NCBI GenBank assembly: GCA_028534125.1
Contig: CM052832.1
Coordinates: 8,062,097-8,126,000, forward strand
Origin: Lama glama
Lineage: Eukaryota
Reading direction: 5' to 3'
Length of the DNA: 63,904 bases
A program made the position numbers and the translations under genes. The notes beneath the pieces were generated by a model that saw nothing but the letters and a program-made list of their open reading frames with translations, did no database searches and had not been told where the DNA came from. How positions within the stretch are numbered: position 1 is the stretch's first letter; each line of letters starts with the position of its first letter. Positions 12,491 to 35,190 of this stretch are shown here, piece after piece.

Positions 12491-12608
12491 AGGGGGAGGG
12501 TGTAGGTCAGTGGTAGTGTGTGCTTAGCTTGCAGGAGGTCCTGGGTTCAATTCCTGATACCTCCACTAAAAATAAATAAATGAACCTAATTACCTCCCCC
12601 TGCAAAAA
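12491..12608 (+). mobile_element. tRNA-derived SINE (Vic-1-like)
   Basis: ggggagggtgtaggtcagtggtag...gtcctgggttcaattcc...acctcc...aaataaataaatgaacctaattacctcccc, with Pol III A/B-box-like motifs. Confidence 0.85.
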
Positions 12609-14309
12609 GTTAATTAATTTTTTTAAAGTATCTGAGTGCCAACTTATAACCACTGAGGTCCTCCTCCCTGGTCCACTCCCTGATTCTCAGGGCTGCCCAG
12701 ATGCGTCCTGGGCACCCCCACCACCCCCATGCACAGACATCGTATATTGGGTCATTCATGTTAACAAAAGCATGTGCGCGGTGCCGAGGACACAGGACAC
12801 GCGTCCAAGAGTCAGCAGCGTGACAGATAAACAGACAGGCAGACCGACAGCTGTAATAGAGCTGATGGGTTCTCATGAGCCCTGTGAGTACTGGGCCTCC
12901 GGTCCTTCCCACTTGTTTCTGCTGGTCTCCATCCAGGGGTCCAGAGCTCTCTACCACACGGGCTGCTCCCTCTGCTCTGACCTGTGCAGGGAGATGCAGC
13001 GTGCCCCCGATGGTCACGCCGACCTGGATTCACACGCCGGCTCTGGGACCCACGCAGGGCTGCTCTGATACCTGGGCAGACCAGATGGCATGCTGCACCA
13101 CTGTGGACAGGAGTGACCCCTGGAGCTGTGCTGTGTGGTGGCCCTCCTCCCTAGAATGGGAATCATTATAGAACCTGCTTCTGACAGGATCAAGAGACGA
13201 GAGATTGCTAGGTTCAGAGCTGGGCTTTTAGAGAGTGTCCAATAAACAAGAGTTTCCTTCCTTCCATCATTTGTGGGTTTTCCCTCCCAGAGCACCCCAT
13301 GTCTGAGACCAGCCCTACTGGCTGCTCCTTAGAGGCCTACTACGAGGCACCCTGAGGCTTGTGAACAGCCACTGAGAGTGGGCGCTGGGGTTCAGTTAAC
13401 ACCCAAAGAAGCAATGGAGGCCTGGGCTCTGGCTCTGCCATGTTCTGGCGCCCCGTATCACCCCTGGGGAATCAGCACTGGTCCCAGCCCTTCCCAGTTA
13501 CAGGGAGTTGAGGGCAGTGCTGACCCGCAAGTAAGGACTCTGAGAAGAGGCAGGGAGAGCTGAGGGGAGCAGGCTCTGAGGAGGAGGGGTGGAGGCCAGC
13601 CAGGCATCGGGGGAGTCGGCCGGGCAGGGCGGAATTCCAGCTTGGAATTGGGAGTTCAGGCCTGTCACCTATCCTCGCATCTCTCTGCCTGGGACCCTGA
13701 GTGGGGCTGTTGTGAGGATCTGAGGCCTGAATGGGGTGACAACTGAGAGAACGCTCCTCCCCTCGAGACGGACAGTCCCTTACCAATGACCACCATCCCT
13801 ATGTCCACCAGTTCCAGGCAATGATGGACCCATGAACAGGCAATTGGGCCACAGGACACACACTAGACAGGATCATAAGACCCGAAGAGAAAAAATGGGT
13901 CCAGGAAGGGGATGGGTTCTGAAAAAGCAACTAGAGCTGACAGGTGGGGCCCCACCCTGCCCACAAGGACAGCTGCTCTGGCGGGGGTTGGGGGGGTGCT
14001 GTGTAGAATGCAGCTCATTGTCCCCACTGAAACAATTGTCCCTCTCCCCGGACTCAGCTGACAGGTCCCAAGGCGGGAGGTGGGCGCCTTGTCCATGCTG
14101 GCGAGGCCTCACAGGAACAGTCAGCTGTTGGAGCAAGACAGCTGCTCCCTGGACAGTGGGAGGAAGGCTGGATGAAGGTGCTGGGGGAGGGGGTGAGGAG
14201 GGACATGCCTGGCACAGCTGATATCAGGGGGCGGCACGGAGAGCAGTAAACCCCGTGGGTCCCAAGGACAAATCTAACAGAGACTGAGCAAGACCCTAAT
14301 GGAGAAAAG

Positions 14310-16450
14310 AAAATTTTTATGTAGGGACCAAAAAAAGACCTCACACATGGAGAGATGTGCCCAGGTAATGGCAGGAAGCTATCGTGCTAGAAAGATGTTG
14401 GTTCTCCCCCAGATTAATCTGGAAATTCAGTGCGATTCCAATTAACCCAACAGTATTAGGTTTTTTCCTTTCTGGAATTGGGTAAGCTGATCATAAAACT
14501 TACATGGAAGGAAAAAGGGCCAGGAATAGCCAAGTCAATCTGAAGAAGAAAAAGAAGAGGGTAAAATCCATCTGGCTCTACAGATACCATTCTGGCCAGT
14601 CTGGTAACATGGGAATTAAAACAGTGCAGCAAGATGTGAGACAGTGACTAACGGAACAGAATAGAGAGCTTAGAAAGAGACCCAAGGACACTTGGGGCAG
14701 AGGGGAAATTTCTGGTCAGAGGAGAAGGGACATTCAGAGTCAAAAATAGAGCCAGGACAGTTGGCCATCCATGAGGGAAAGAGAATATTTGATCCTCTGG
14801 CACACCAACCACAAAAATAAATTCCAGTAGCATTAGAGATCCAAATGTGGAAAGTAAAACTATGTATATAGGAGCTGATCTGAAGGAATTTTGGAGAGTA
14901 GAGAATTATTTGTTTTATAGATTTTTACAAAAATTTTTGTTAATATAATTTTCAAAACTACAAAGAAGCAGAGAAAATAGTATAATGGCCCCCCAGATAG
15001 CAATCACCCAGCTTCAATATTAACTCAAAAACTCTCCATTAAAAACATCTGCGACAAAGTGGAAGACCAGTCCCCCACAGACAGGGAGAAGAAATTTGCA
15101 AGCCACATAACTGAAAAAGATTTAGTGTCAATCATAAATAAAGAACTGTTATAATCAATAAGAGAAGGACACACACACATGCATACACACACACCCACAT
15201 ACCCCCACAAAGGATTTGTGGTGGATCGTTTCCTGAAGAGGAAACATGACTGGTCCATAAATATGAAAAGCTATTTATCCACACTAGCTTATAGGGAAGT
15301 ACAAACTCTGGAAAAAGCTCTAATTTCACAACCGTGGAATACTGCATGGAGGGTTAATTGACACAATTATTTTAGAGGGCAGTGTGGCAATATCTGGGAA
15401 AGCAGGAAACACACATTTCTCTGGAACTTGGCAATTCTACTTCTAGGTATGGCTCTAGAGGAATTCTCACAGATGTGTACAGGGAGACGTGTGTAAGGAT
15501 GTCCATTCATGCTTTTTGTAATAGCAACAACAAAGACTGTGCACCAGAAACTGACCCACTGTAACTGACTGTACGTCAATAAAAATAAACAAATAAGCCT
15601 TGAGAAAAAAAAAATAATAATAAAAATTTAAAAACTGAAAAAACTCACCACCACCATCACCAACAAAAAAACCTGGAAACAATTTCAATGTCCAACAGAA
15701 GAACAGAATCATAAACTTAATCAAAATGGAATAGTATAAAGTCAGACAAAAACAAATATATGATATCACTTACATGTGGAAGTTCAAAGAAAAAAATGAC
15801 ACAAATGAACTTATTTACAAAACCAAAACAGACTTACAGACATAGAAAACAAACTTATGGTTACCAAAGGGAAAGAGGAGGGGAGGGTTAAATTAGGAGT
15901 TTGGGGTTAGCAGATACAAACTACTACATATAAAATAGATAGGCAGCAAGATCCCACTGTACAGCACAGGGAACTATAATCAATACCTTGTAATAACCTA
16001 TAATGAAAAAGAATATCTACATATACGTATAACTGAATCTCTATGCTGTACACCAGCAACGAACACAACATTGTAAATCAAATACACTTCAATTAAAAAA
16101 AAAGATACATAGCAGATGAAATGAATACACTAACTCTTGTATCAACTGGGATAAGTTTCAAAAGCATGATGTTAAGACAAAACCAAGTGGGAAAAGCCAA
16201 ATTATACCACATAGGTAAAAATTTCAAACACAAGAGCAGTAGTATATATTTTTGTGGATCCATACCCGCATATGCCCATATAGTAAGAGTAGGAACAGGA
16301 CTTCAGGAGAATGGCTCCCTCTAAGGGAGACGGGACAGGAAATGATGGTCCACAGGTAGGGGAGGGGATTATAGCTGTCTCTGTAATGTATTATCCCTTA
16401 AAAAAAAGAAAAAAATGAAGAAAGCTAAAGGAAATATGGCAAAATACCCT
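14310..16450 (+). mobile_element. Old LINE-1 (L1M-type ORF2/3' region) with nested younger L1 3' ends (about 15530-15640 and 15735-16103)
   Basis: Degraded ORF2-like sequence (aggaatagccaagtcaatctgaagaag). L1 3'UTR acagacatagaaaacaaacttatggttaccaaaggg...tgctgtacacc...poly(A). Confidence 0.8.
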
Positions 16451-19400
16451 CTGCATCCTATTTTTATTCTGCATATCATTCTTATAACAGTGGAGCATGT
16501 ATTGGTCCCCTTCACCTCGACTTCCCTACCTCTCTTCATCTTTTGCCCTCTCTTTCCTCCCGGCCTCCTACAATTTCTGGCCTTCTGGAAGTAAAGGCAG
16601 TGTGGCCTAACAGTTAGGGATCATGGTGTGGGGGGTGGCAGGCCTCTTGCTTCTAGCTCTCCCATGAGGGACATCCTCCTTTCTGTCCTCAGTCTTTCCT
16701 TGGGTGTCCAGAGCTGGCCTCTTTCTGCTCCCCTCCCTTCTCTGGCCCCCACAGTGCTTTGTGCCAGGGATGAGATTGGCATCTGGGAAGTGAGAACAGG
16801 ACAGGTACAGGAGGAAGGCCAGGGAAGCTACTCATGTGGAGGTGACCTGGCCACACCACCTCCATGGCCACCGGGGGAGCACAGCCTGCCCCCTGAGCCA
16901 CAGACCCAGAAGGGCCCAGCCAAACTCTCCTTATCTCTCTTCTCCCCAACCCAGGCTGGCCTCTTCCCTCCCCTCCTTCACCCCCATCTCTCTTGGTGAG
17001 GGAATTCTGAAACTATGAGGGAAGGGATCAAAAACCTCATCCCAAGAATGCTTGGTGGACCTGGAATTGTGGGCTTGGGGGAATATACATCCCAGTACCA
17101 CTGGAGGTAAGTTCTTATAATTTTCCCCAAGCGTTCCCTTCTCTGGACCGATGAGTAAACTGCGGTTCAGGGAGCACCTCGGTGGCAGTTGGAAGAAGGT
17201 GGTGGGAGGACAGCCAAGGTGAAGGAGTTTGCACATCTTGGGTCTCCAAGAGCGTACCATTTCCAGCAGGGCCACTGTGGCCCTCCAGGAGGCATCCCTG
17301 ATGGAGAGCTTTGAAGGTTCAAAGTGGGGAGTGGTCACATTGGCCGGGAGAGTTATCCCTTTCCTTGATCAACAAGCCTATTTAGTGTCCATACATACGT
17401 GCAGGCACTCGAAATACGTCAGTGACAAAGACAGTCCTGCCCTGGGTGTACGGTCAGTTGGGAGACAGGAGTAAACAGGAAATTACAATACGGAGAGATA
17501 AATGCTCTGCCAGGGGAAGTGCTTGGCACCTTGCAAGTCCGGGGCACCCGGCCAGCGCGGAGCCTGGGCTGTGTGTATGTGCAGCTTCTCAGGAGGCCTC
17601 GGGGAGGACTGCGCCAGGGAAGGGGGAGGACTTCAGAGGGACTCGGGATGAAAGGGAAGGCGGAGGTGCGCTGGGGCAGAGGATGGGCAGCACGTGACAA
17701 ACGATGATCGTGGGAAGACCTGATGCAGGGAGGGGACAGAGTCCACGTGAGGAAGAGTATGCGTGAGGACAGGGCGCCAAACAGAGTGGGGGTGAATTCG
17801 GGAAATGTTTGGTGTGCGCAAGACGTGGGCTGGAAACAATGCCTGGGCGAGTCTTGGATGTTCCTCTTGACTGGTTTCACTAATAGAAGGGAAATCAGCA
17901 TGTTTGGGGCCGGTAGGTTGACGAGCCCAGGTTTCCACCAAGGTGGTTCTGAAGACCCAGTGAAACCAAGAGTTTGATGTTTCTGGCAGGAGTGTGGGCA
18001 GCGGTTAAGCTTGGAGATGGTGGGGATGGGGCAGGAGAAACGTGGCCAGGGGTCTGGGAGAGCGAGGGAGTGAGGCTGCTGTGGGGGTGTGCAGGGCGGG
18101 GGGTGGGGAGAAGAGTCCCCTCGACGTCAGCACCTCAAGTTCATCTCCTTGTGGAGACAGAATAGGTACAAGGAGAAATCCAAGTGCAGTTACAGATTCC
18201 CAAAGGAACTGGATACATCTAAGAAACTTCTTTTGTAGATAAACACATACAGACAGGCATATGCATTGATAAACAGGAAGTAGTTATCCTAGGAGGTGGA
18301 ATATAAGGTGAATTTCGTTTTTTTCTGTGTGCTTCTCTGTGTTTTCTATGTCCTAAAGAGAACGTGAAAACCCTGGAGTCAACAAAAGATACAATAAATG
18401 TCATTTTCACAGAAGAGGAGTCCTCAGTATAGAGTCAGATGTCACCAAGAGGTCAAATGTCACTAGGAAGAGTGAGGAACTAGAGGAGCTTTGGGACATG
18501 GCTGTGAGGGAGGAGGGCAGGTGGCCTGGAGAGGGGGATTCTGCTGGAGTGAAGGGACAGAGTCCTCGGGGCAGACATTAAAAACCTAGTGGAAAGACAA
18601 ATGATAAAGGGAAACATTTGCAGCCCCTAGGCAGACAAAGTCAAATCTCTAAAATATAAATAACTGCTAGAATTTTCTAAGAAAAAATACAAAATCTTTG
18701 TATGAAAATGAGCAAAGACTATAAAGTGCTCACAGAAAACAAAATGCAAGCAAAACATGAATATTTGCTCAGTTTTACTTGCAGTAAAAGAAATGCAAAT
18801 TACAAAGATGCTGAGAAGCCATTTTTCTTCCATCATATCAGAAATATGCAAAAATCTGACCACAAACTGCATTGATGGGGAAATACATACTTTCATATTG
18901 CTGGTGAGAGTGTAAACTGGTATTACCTTTATGGAGAGGAATTTAATGTGTATCCGAATTACTAATGTATATGTTCTTTAGCCCAATATCCAACTATAGA
19001 AAAATTTATCCTATAGAAATACTTCCACTGTATAAGATGACATATGTACAGTAGATTGGAAACAACCCTCAATAAAGAGCTGAAAAAAATTTTTTTAATT
19101 AAAAAATTGAAACAATAAAAAAAGAGCTGATATAAATAAATGATGAGACTTAATTATAGTGGAATACTACGCAGCTATAACAAGTCATAAAGAAGGTCTC
19201 CATACACTCATAGAAAAATATCTCCAAGGTATGTATTTTAATTACTTTTAAATTTTTGTTTATTTTTTTATTCATGCCAATAGCTTCCAGGTAGAGATTT
19301 TTTTTATTATTTTGCTATTAAATTTTTTTCCTTCCAGTTTTATTGAGATGTAGTTGACATACAACACTGTATACGTTTAAGGTGTCCAGCATGAATTGAC

Positions 19401-20261
19401 TTTCATATATCATGAAATGGTTATCACAATAGCAACATCTCATGTAGCTACAAAGTTAAATAGAAAAAAAAACTGTTTTCTTATGATGAGAACTCTTATG
19501 ATTTACTCTCTTAACAACTTTCATATATAACATACAGCAGTGTTAATTATATTTATCATGCTGTACATTACATCCCTAGTGCTTATTTATCTTATAACTG
19601 GAAGTTTGTACCTTTTGACTCCTTCATCCAATTCCCCTTCCCCAACTCCCCATCTCTGGTAATCACAAATCTGATTTCTTTTTCTATAAGTTTGTCTGTC
19701 TGTTTGTTTTTACAGTATAATTGACCTATACCACTATGCTGGTTCCAGTTGCACAACACAGTGATTCGGTATTGCTACACATTTCAAAATGATCACCACG
19801 ATGTCTTGTTACGGTCTGTCGCCATACAAAGATATTACATAGTTATTGACTATATTCAGCACACTGTACATTTCATACTTGTGACTCATTTATTTTGCAA
19901 TTGGAAGTTGTACCTCTTAATCTCCCTCACCTATTTCTTTCTTCCCCCAACCCTTCTCCCTTCTGGAAACCACCTGTTTGTTCTGTGTCTACAATTCTGT
20001 TTCTGTTCTGTCTGTTCATTTGTCTTATTTTTTAGATTCCACATATAAGTGAGCTCATGCAGTATTTGTCTTTCTCTGTCGGACTTGTTGCACTTAGCAT
20101 AATACCCTCTGGGTTCAATCTGTATTGTCACGGATGGCAAGATTTCATTCTTTTTTTAATAGCTGAATAATATTCCATTGTATATACCACATCTTCTTTA
20201 TTCATTCATCTATTGGTGGGCACTTGAGTTGCTTTTAATTACTTCTTCTTTTTTTTTTTAG

Positions 20262-20362
20262 GTTTATTGATTCATTTTTATTTAAATGGAGGTACTGGGG
20301 CTTGCCCCGAGGACCTCAAGCATGCTAAGCAGGTGCTCTGCCACTGAGCTATACCTTCCCCT
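20262..20362 (-). mobile_element. tRNA-derived SINE (Vic-1-like)
   Basis: aatggaggtactgggg...catgctaagcaggtgctctgccactgagctataccttcccc. Confidence 0.8.
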
Positions 20363-20407
20363 CTTTTAATTACTTCTTTAAATAAACTATTTTAGAATAG
20401 TTTTAGA

Positions 20408-20480
20408 TGGGTTCAATCCCCAGTACCTCCATTAAAACAAACAAACAAACCTAATTATCCCCCACCAAAAACCAAAAAAG
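20408..20480 (+). mobile_element. 5'-truncated Vic-1-like SINE
   Basis: tgggttcaatccccagtacctccattaaaacaaac...ctaattatccccc. Confidence 0.7.
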
Positions 20481-21330
20481 AATAATTTTAGATTTACAGA
20501 AAATTGTGAAAATAGTCCTGAGAATTTCTATGTACCCTACACCCAATTTCCCTGTAATTAACATCTTACCTCAGCACAGTACACTTGTTACAATTAAGGA
20601 ACCAGTATTGATAATATTAACTAAAACCTACACTCATTCCTTAGTTTTTACCTAATGTCCCTTTTTCTGTTCCAAGGTCCCATCCAAGACACCACAGTAC
20701 ATTTAGTTGTCTTACCTCCTTAAACTCCTGTTGGCTGTGACAGTTTCTCAGACCTTCCTTGTTTTTGACGACCTTGACAGTTTTGAGGAGTATTGGTCAG
20801 AAGTTTTGTAAAATGTCCCTAGAGTGGGATTCATCTGATGTTTTTCTTATGATAAGACTGAGGTTTGGGGAAGGAAACCACAGAAGTAAAATGCCATTCT
20901 CATCACATTATCTCAAGGGTCTGTTCTAGCAACATGGTTAATGACGGTTGGTGTTAACCTCGCTCACCTGCCTGGAGTCGTGTTTGTCGTGATTCTCTGC
21001 CATAAATTTACTCTTTTTCTCACTTTCCATACGGTCCTCTTTGGAAGGAAGTCACTATGTGCAGCCCATACTTAAGGGGTGGGGAATTACACTCCACCTT
21101 TGACGTGCTTCCATCATTTTCTTTTGTTTGTGCTTTATTTTATTTTAATTTTATTAGCATTTCCGTACCCTCTGGCACTACAGGATGCTCCTCCAGGCTC
21201 ATCCTGTATACTTCCTGTTCCAGTCCTAGAACCAGACATTTCTCCAAGAAGTCCTAGGTTCATCTGACAGTGCTATTAGAAATTGAGTACTAGCCACTAG
21301 GGGTTGGGCTACACCCCACAGACCTGTCCT

Positions 21331-21830
21331 NNNNNNNNNNNNNNNNNNNNNNNNNNNNNNNNNNNNNNNNNNNNNNNNNNNNNNNNNNNNNNNNNNNNNN
21401 NNNNNNNNNNNNNNNNNNNNNNNNNNNNNNNNNNNNNNNNNNNNNNNNNNNNNNNNNNNNNNNNNNNNNNNNNNNNNNNNNNNNNNNNNNNNNNNNNNNN
21501 NNNNNNNNNNNNNNNNNNNNNNNNNNNNNNNNNNNNNNNNNNNNNNNNNNNNNNNNNNNNNNNNNNNNNNNNNNNNNNNNNNNNNNNNNNNNNNNNNNNN
21601 NNNNNNNNNNNNNNNNNNNNNNNNNNNNNNNNNNNNNNNNNNNNNNNNNNNNNNNNNNNNNNNNNNNNNNNNNNNNNNNNNNNNNNNNNNNNNNNNNNNN
21701 NNNNNNNNNNNNNNNNNNNNNNNNNNNNNNNNNNNNNNNNNNNNNNNNNNNNNNNNNNNNNNNNNNNNNNNNNNNNNNNNNNNNNNNNNNNNNNNNNNNN
21801 NNNNNNNNNNNNNNNNNNNNNNNNNNNNNN
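21331..21830. other. Assembly gap (500 N)
   Basis: Run of N. Confidence 1.
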
Positions 21831-21839
21831 GCGCTCTGT

Positions 21840-21990
21840 ATAGTTCACAGACAGGGACTCCTGTGCACTTAGCAACCCCCGCTTCCCCCCACTGCCCATA
21901 AATGCCAACAGCGCCCTCTAGCTTCTGTGACAACCACACATTTCTAAATGCTTCCTGGAGGTAGGGTGGTATCACTCCCAACTGAGAGCT
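21840..21990 (-). mobile_element. MER20/MER20B-like hAT DNA transposon remnant containing a CTCF-like motif
   Basis: Minus strand catttagaaatgtgtggttgtcacagaagctagagggcgctgttggcattta resembles the MER20 family. Confidence 0.5.
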
Positions 21991-22507
21991 TACCTGGTCC
22001 CCTCCTTTGGTCCTGAGCAAATGACTTACACCCCTGCCCGTCTTTTCCTGGCACAGAAACACAGAGACACAGAAGCCAGTACCATGTGTGGTTCATTATA
22101 ATAATGCACAGGAGGGAGGGGGAAAAGAGAGGCCTTGAAGCAGGAGGATGTGAGCAGCACAAGAGGCGTGCACAGACTCCCAGCCTCCCAGCCTCCCAGC
22201 CAGGGGATACAGGGGAAGTGTCGTCTAATTTTTAGTGAAATGTACTCAGACAGGGAGGGAGACTGTAGGGTAAATCCAGCCAGAAGCCTGGCTAGTGTTA
22301 AAGGAAAGCACTTTGAGCTGGGAGACTGGGCCTGGAGGTCCCACTGCTGGAGTAAGCCCGGTGTCTGGGGCCCAGGCACTACTACCTGGAGCCCATTCCA
22401 CCAGCAGAGACTGCAGAGCTGACGGCAGCAAGGAGTAACCCCCTCCCCAGGCCAGAGCCCCCGGGGGGCCGGTGGTGGTGGTAGGAAGCCTGGCTCTGGC
22501 AGTGACT

Positions 22508-32423
<9,916 letters not shown>

Positions 32424-32451
32424 CCCCTTGTCAGTGAAAACAGTCTCTGCT

Positions 32452-33238
32452 TAATAATAAAAAAAGACAAATAACCCCATTAAAGCACTGGCAAAGGACC
32501 CGAATAGGTGTTTTTCTGAAGAAGATACACAAATGACCAATGATCACATGAAAAAAATGCTCATCATTTGTCAGCAGACAAATGAAGGTCAAGGTCACAA
32601 AGAGATACCACCTCATACACATTAGAATGGCTCTCATCCAAAAGACTGGTAATGTCAAGTGTCAGCAAGGATGTGGAGCAATTGGAGCCCTTGTATGCTG
32701 CTGGTGGGAATGTAAAAGGGTGCAGCCACTTTGGAAAACAGTCTAGTGTTTCCTCAGTTAAACATAGAATTACTGTATGATCCAGATCCAGTAATTTCAC
32801 CGCTAGGTACATATACCCAAGAGAAATGAAAATATATGTCCACACGAAAACTTGTACACACATGCTCATAGCAGTGTTATTCACAACAGCCAAAAAAGTG
32901 GAGAAAATCCCAGATGTCCCTCAGCTGATGAACAGATAAACAGATAAAATGAAGACTATACGATGTACAATGGAATATTGTTCAGTAATAAAGAGAAATA
33001 AAGATTGGTAGATACAAACTGCTATATGTAAAATAGATAAATAAGGCCCTACTGTATAGCACAGGGAACTGTATTCAATATCTTGCAATAACCTATAATG
33101 AAAAAAAAATATATGTATATCTGAATCACTATGCTGTACACCAGAACTAACACAACACTGTAAACCGACTGTACCTCAAATGAAAAAAAGAAATGAAGTG
33201 CTGAGACATGCTATGGTACGGATGAACCTTGAAAACCC
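32452..33238 (+). mobile_element. LINE-1 (L1M-type) fragment with a nested younger L1 3' end (about 33005-33190)
   Basis: aaaagacaaataaccccattaaa...gaagatacacaaatgacc...gagataccacctcatacacattagaatggct...atggatg-like 3' ORF2/UTR segments. Confidence 0.85.
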
Positions 33239-33689
33239 GTCCCTTATCAGTGTCTCCTGGGACTTCGCTGGCTTCATGAAGGACCCTTGTTCCCTCAGCT
33301 TATTAGCCTGACAAACACCCAGCTGCCACGGACCAGCCCAGCGCCTTGGAGGACAGATTGCCTTTGTTTCTCAGGTGCACTGACTGTTCCCGCCTCTGTG
33401 CCTCTGCTCCCAGGCACACATCTTGTCCACTGGGAAAAGTCCCTGCTCAATGCCACCTGCTCAGGGAAGCCTTCCTGGACACGCCTGTGTGGAGTCAGGG
33501 CCGCCCTGGTGTCCAACACTCTCCTTTGTTAGGACACCCATCCCTGCTGGCCTGTCTGATGTGGTCTGTCTGTTCACTCTGAGGTGATGAGTTCTCAAGA
33601 GTGGAGATGGGGCCCCCTGTCCACCTTCAGGTTCCCTTGGTCTCATGCAGTTCCTGGCCCAGCAGGGGCTTGGAAACGCTTTCAGAGCT

Positions 33690-33767
33690 AATGGAGGCAG
33701 TGGGGATTGAACCCAGGACCTCGTGCATGCTCAGCACACACTTTACCACTGAGCTATACTCTCCCCC
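33690..33767 (-). mobile_element. tRNA-derived SINE (Vic-1-like) inserted in an L2 remnant
   Basis: atggaggcagtggggattgaacccaggacctcgtgcatgctcagcacacactttaccactgagctatactctcccc. Confidence 0.85.
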
Positions 33768-34506
33768 AGTAATCTCTCATCTATGTTTGCGAAGCTATGT
33801 TCTCTCTCTCCTGCCCTGCCCACCCCCGGCCACTCTCCTCCTCTAGTCCCCCATATACTATATATTTTGTTTATCTGTGGCCTCCCTCATAGAATGAAAC
33901 AGGCAGGCAGGGACTTTTTGGCCTGCTTTGTTTGCTGCTGTATTCCTGCTGCTGTATCGAGCACACAGTAGGTACTCGATAAATATTTTGAATGATGTTC
34001 CTGGCGGCTCCTGAAAGGGAGGAGGTCTATGTATCTTAGTTTCTCCCACAGGGAGCACTTATTCTGTGCGAGCACCGAGGAGTCAGAAGCAAACACTCCT
34101 CTGCCTGGCGCACAGAGAGGACCTCCCCAGGCCCCCTCCTCAGGTTCAGCTCCACAGGCCACAGAGGCAGGGAAGAGGGGCCCCAGAAAGAGCCACCAGG
34201 TTGGTAGAATTACCAGGGAGGTTCTGGAGGGTACTAACTGACTCCCCTTTTCTACTCTAAGCCCACCCGCTCTCCTGAGGGTGGGGTACACCATGAGTTC
34301 CTGGTTCTGGAAGATCAGGGTGCGGGGCAGGGAAGAGGGTGGGTGGAGCCAGAATCTGGGAGTTCTTCCCCCTCCCCTCGCCAGTCCCTGCCCACCCTGT
34401 TCCCTCCAGCTCTCTCTTCCAACCCAAGCCCTCTGGGCTTCTCTTAGGAATGAATGGTCAGGGAAGCGCCTTCCTACGCCATCAGACTAGGGGAAAATGA
34501 AGAAGG

Positions 34507-34743
34507 GTGTGTGTGAGTGTGCGCGTCTCTGTGGAGTGTATGTGTGTGTGTGTGTGTCTGTGTTTTTGGAGAATGTGTGTGTGTGGAGTGTGTGTGTGTG
34601 TCTGTGGAGAAGGTGTGTGTGGCTGTATGTCTGCGTTTCTGTTTCTGTACGTGTCTGTGGAGTATGTGTGCGTGCATGTCCGTGGAGAATATGTGTGTCT
34701 GGGGATTATTTGTGTGTCTGTGTGCATGTGGAGTATGTGTGTG
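34507..34743. repeat. Degenerate (TG)n low-complexity tract
   Basis: Recurring gtgtctgtggag and tgtgtg units. Confidence 0.85.
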
Positions 34744-34958
34744 GGGGTGGGGGGAAAATAAGTGGCTTGTTTTTCTGCCCAGAGAACCTGGGGAAAGGCT
34801 GTGAAGGGGACCTTGGGGGATGAAGAGAGTCCAGAGAGGAAGGACCGGAGAAGGAGGAGAATTCAAAACTTGTTTTGTTTCACTGCCTGGTCCTCACCCA
34901 GCATTGCCATCAAGTGACGGGGGTGGCTGGAACCCAGGGCCTGCCCAGAGAAGGTGAG

Positions 34959-35190
34959 TCAGCGGTTCTCACTGAGGGTGGTGGTGGCGGCGACGATCAC
35001 ACTGTCAGGGAACACTTGGAGATGGCTAGAGACATTTTTGCTTGTCCTAGCTGGGGAGTGGGGTAAGGGGTGTTACTGGCATCCGATGTGTGTAGGTCAG
35101 GGACGCTGCTAAACATCCCACAGTGCTCGGGACAGCCCTCATGACAAAAAGAGATCCTGCCCCCAGGAGTGTGGAGGGGGAGAAACCCAG
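34959..35190 (+). mobile_element. MER20 DNA transposon
   Basis: cagcggttctca...gagacatttttgcttgtc...actggcatc...gggacgctgctaaacatcccacagtgc...gagaaaccc. Confidence 0.75.

Larger units (their letters stand above)
18570..21250. mobile_element. Cluster of LINE-1 fragments (+ about 18570-19230; - about 19320-20235 and 20480-21250) with SINE insertions
   Basis: AT-rich block with L1 hallmarks (tttagattccacatataagtgag, ggcaagatttcattctttttt, tgttccaaggtcccatccaagacaccaca). Confidence 0.75.

Noticed and set aside
16931..17338. 135-aa ORF with a faint retroelement-like look
   Set aside because: No convincing motif could be aligned by eye.
21226..22062. Long ORFs spanning the first N-run
   Set aside because: Gap artefacts.
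22231..22236. ACTAAA as the CAPN11 poly(A) signal
   Set aside because: Weak variant hexamer; the true signal could lie elsewhere or in the gap.
34474..34866. Cys/Val-rich and His/Thr-rich ORFs
   Set aside because: Translations of the TG repeat.
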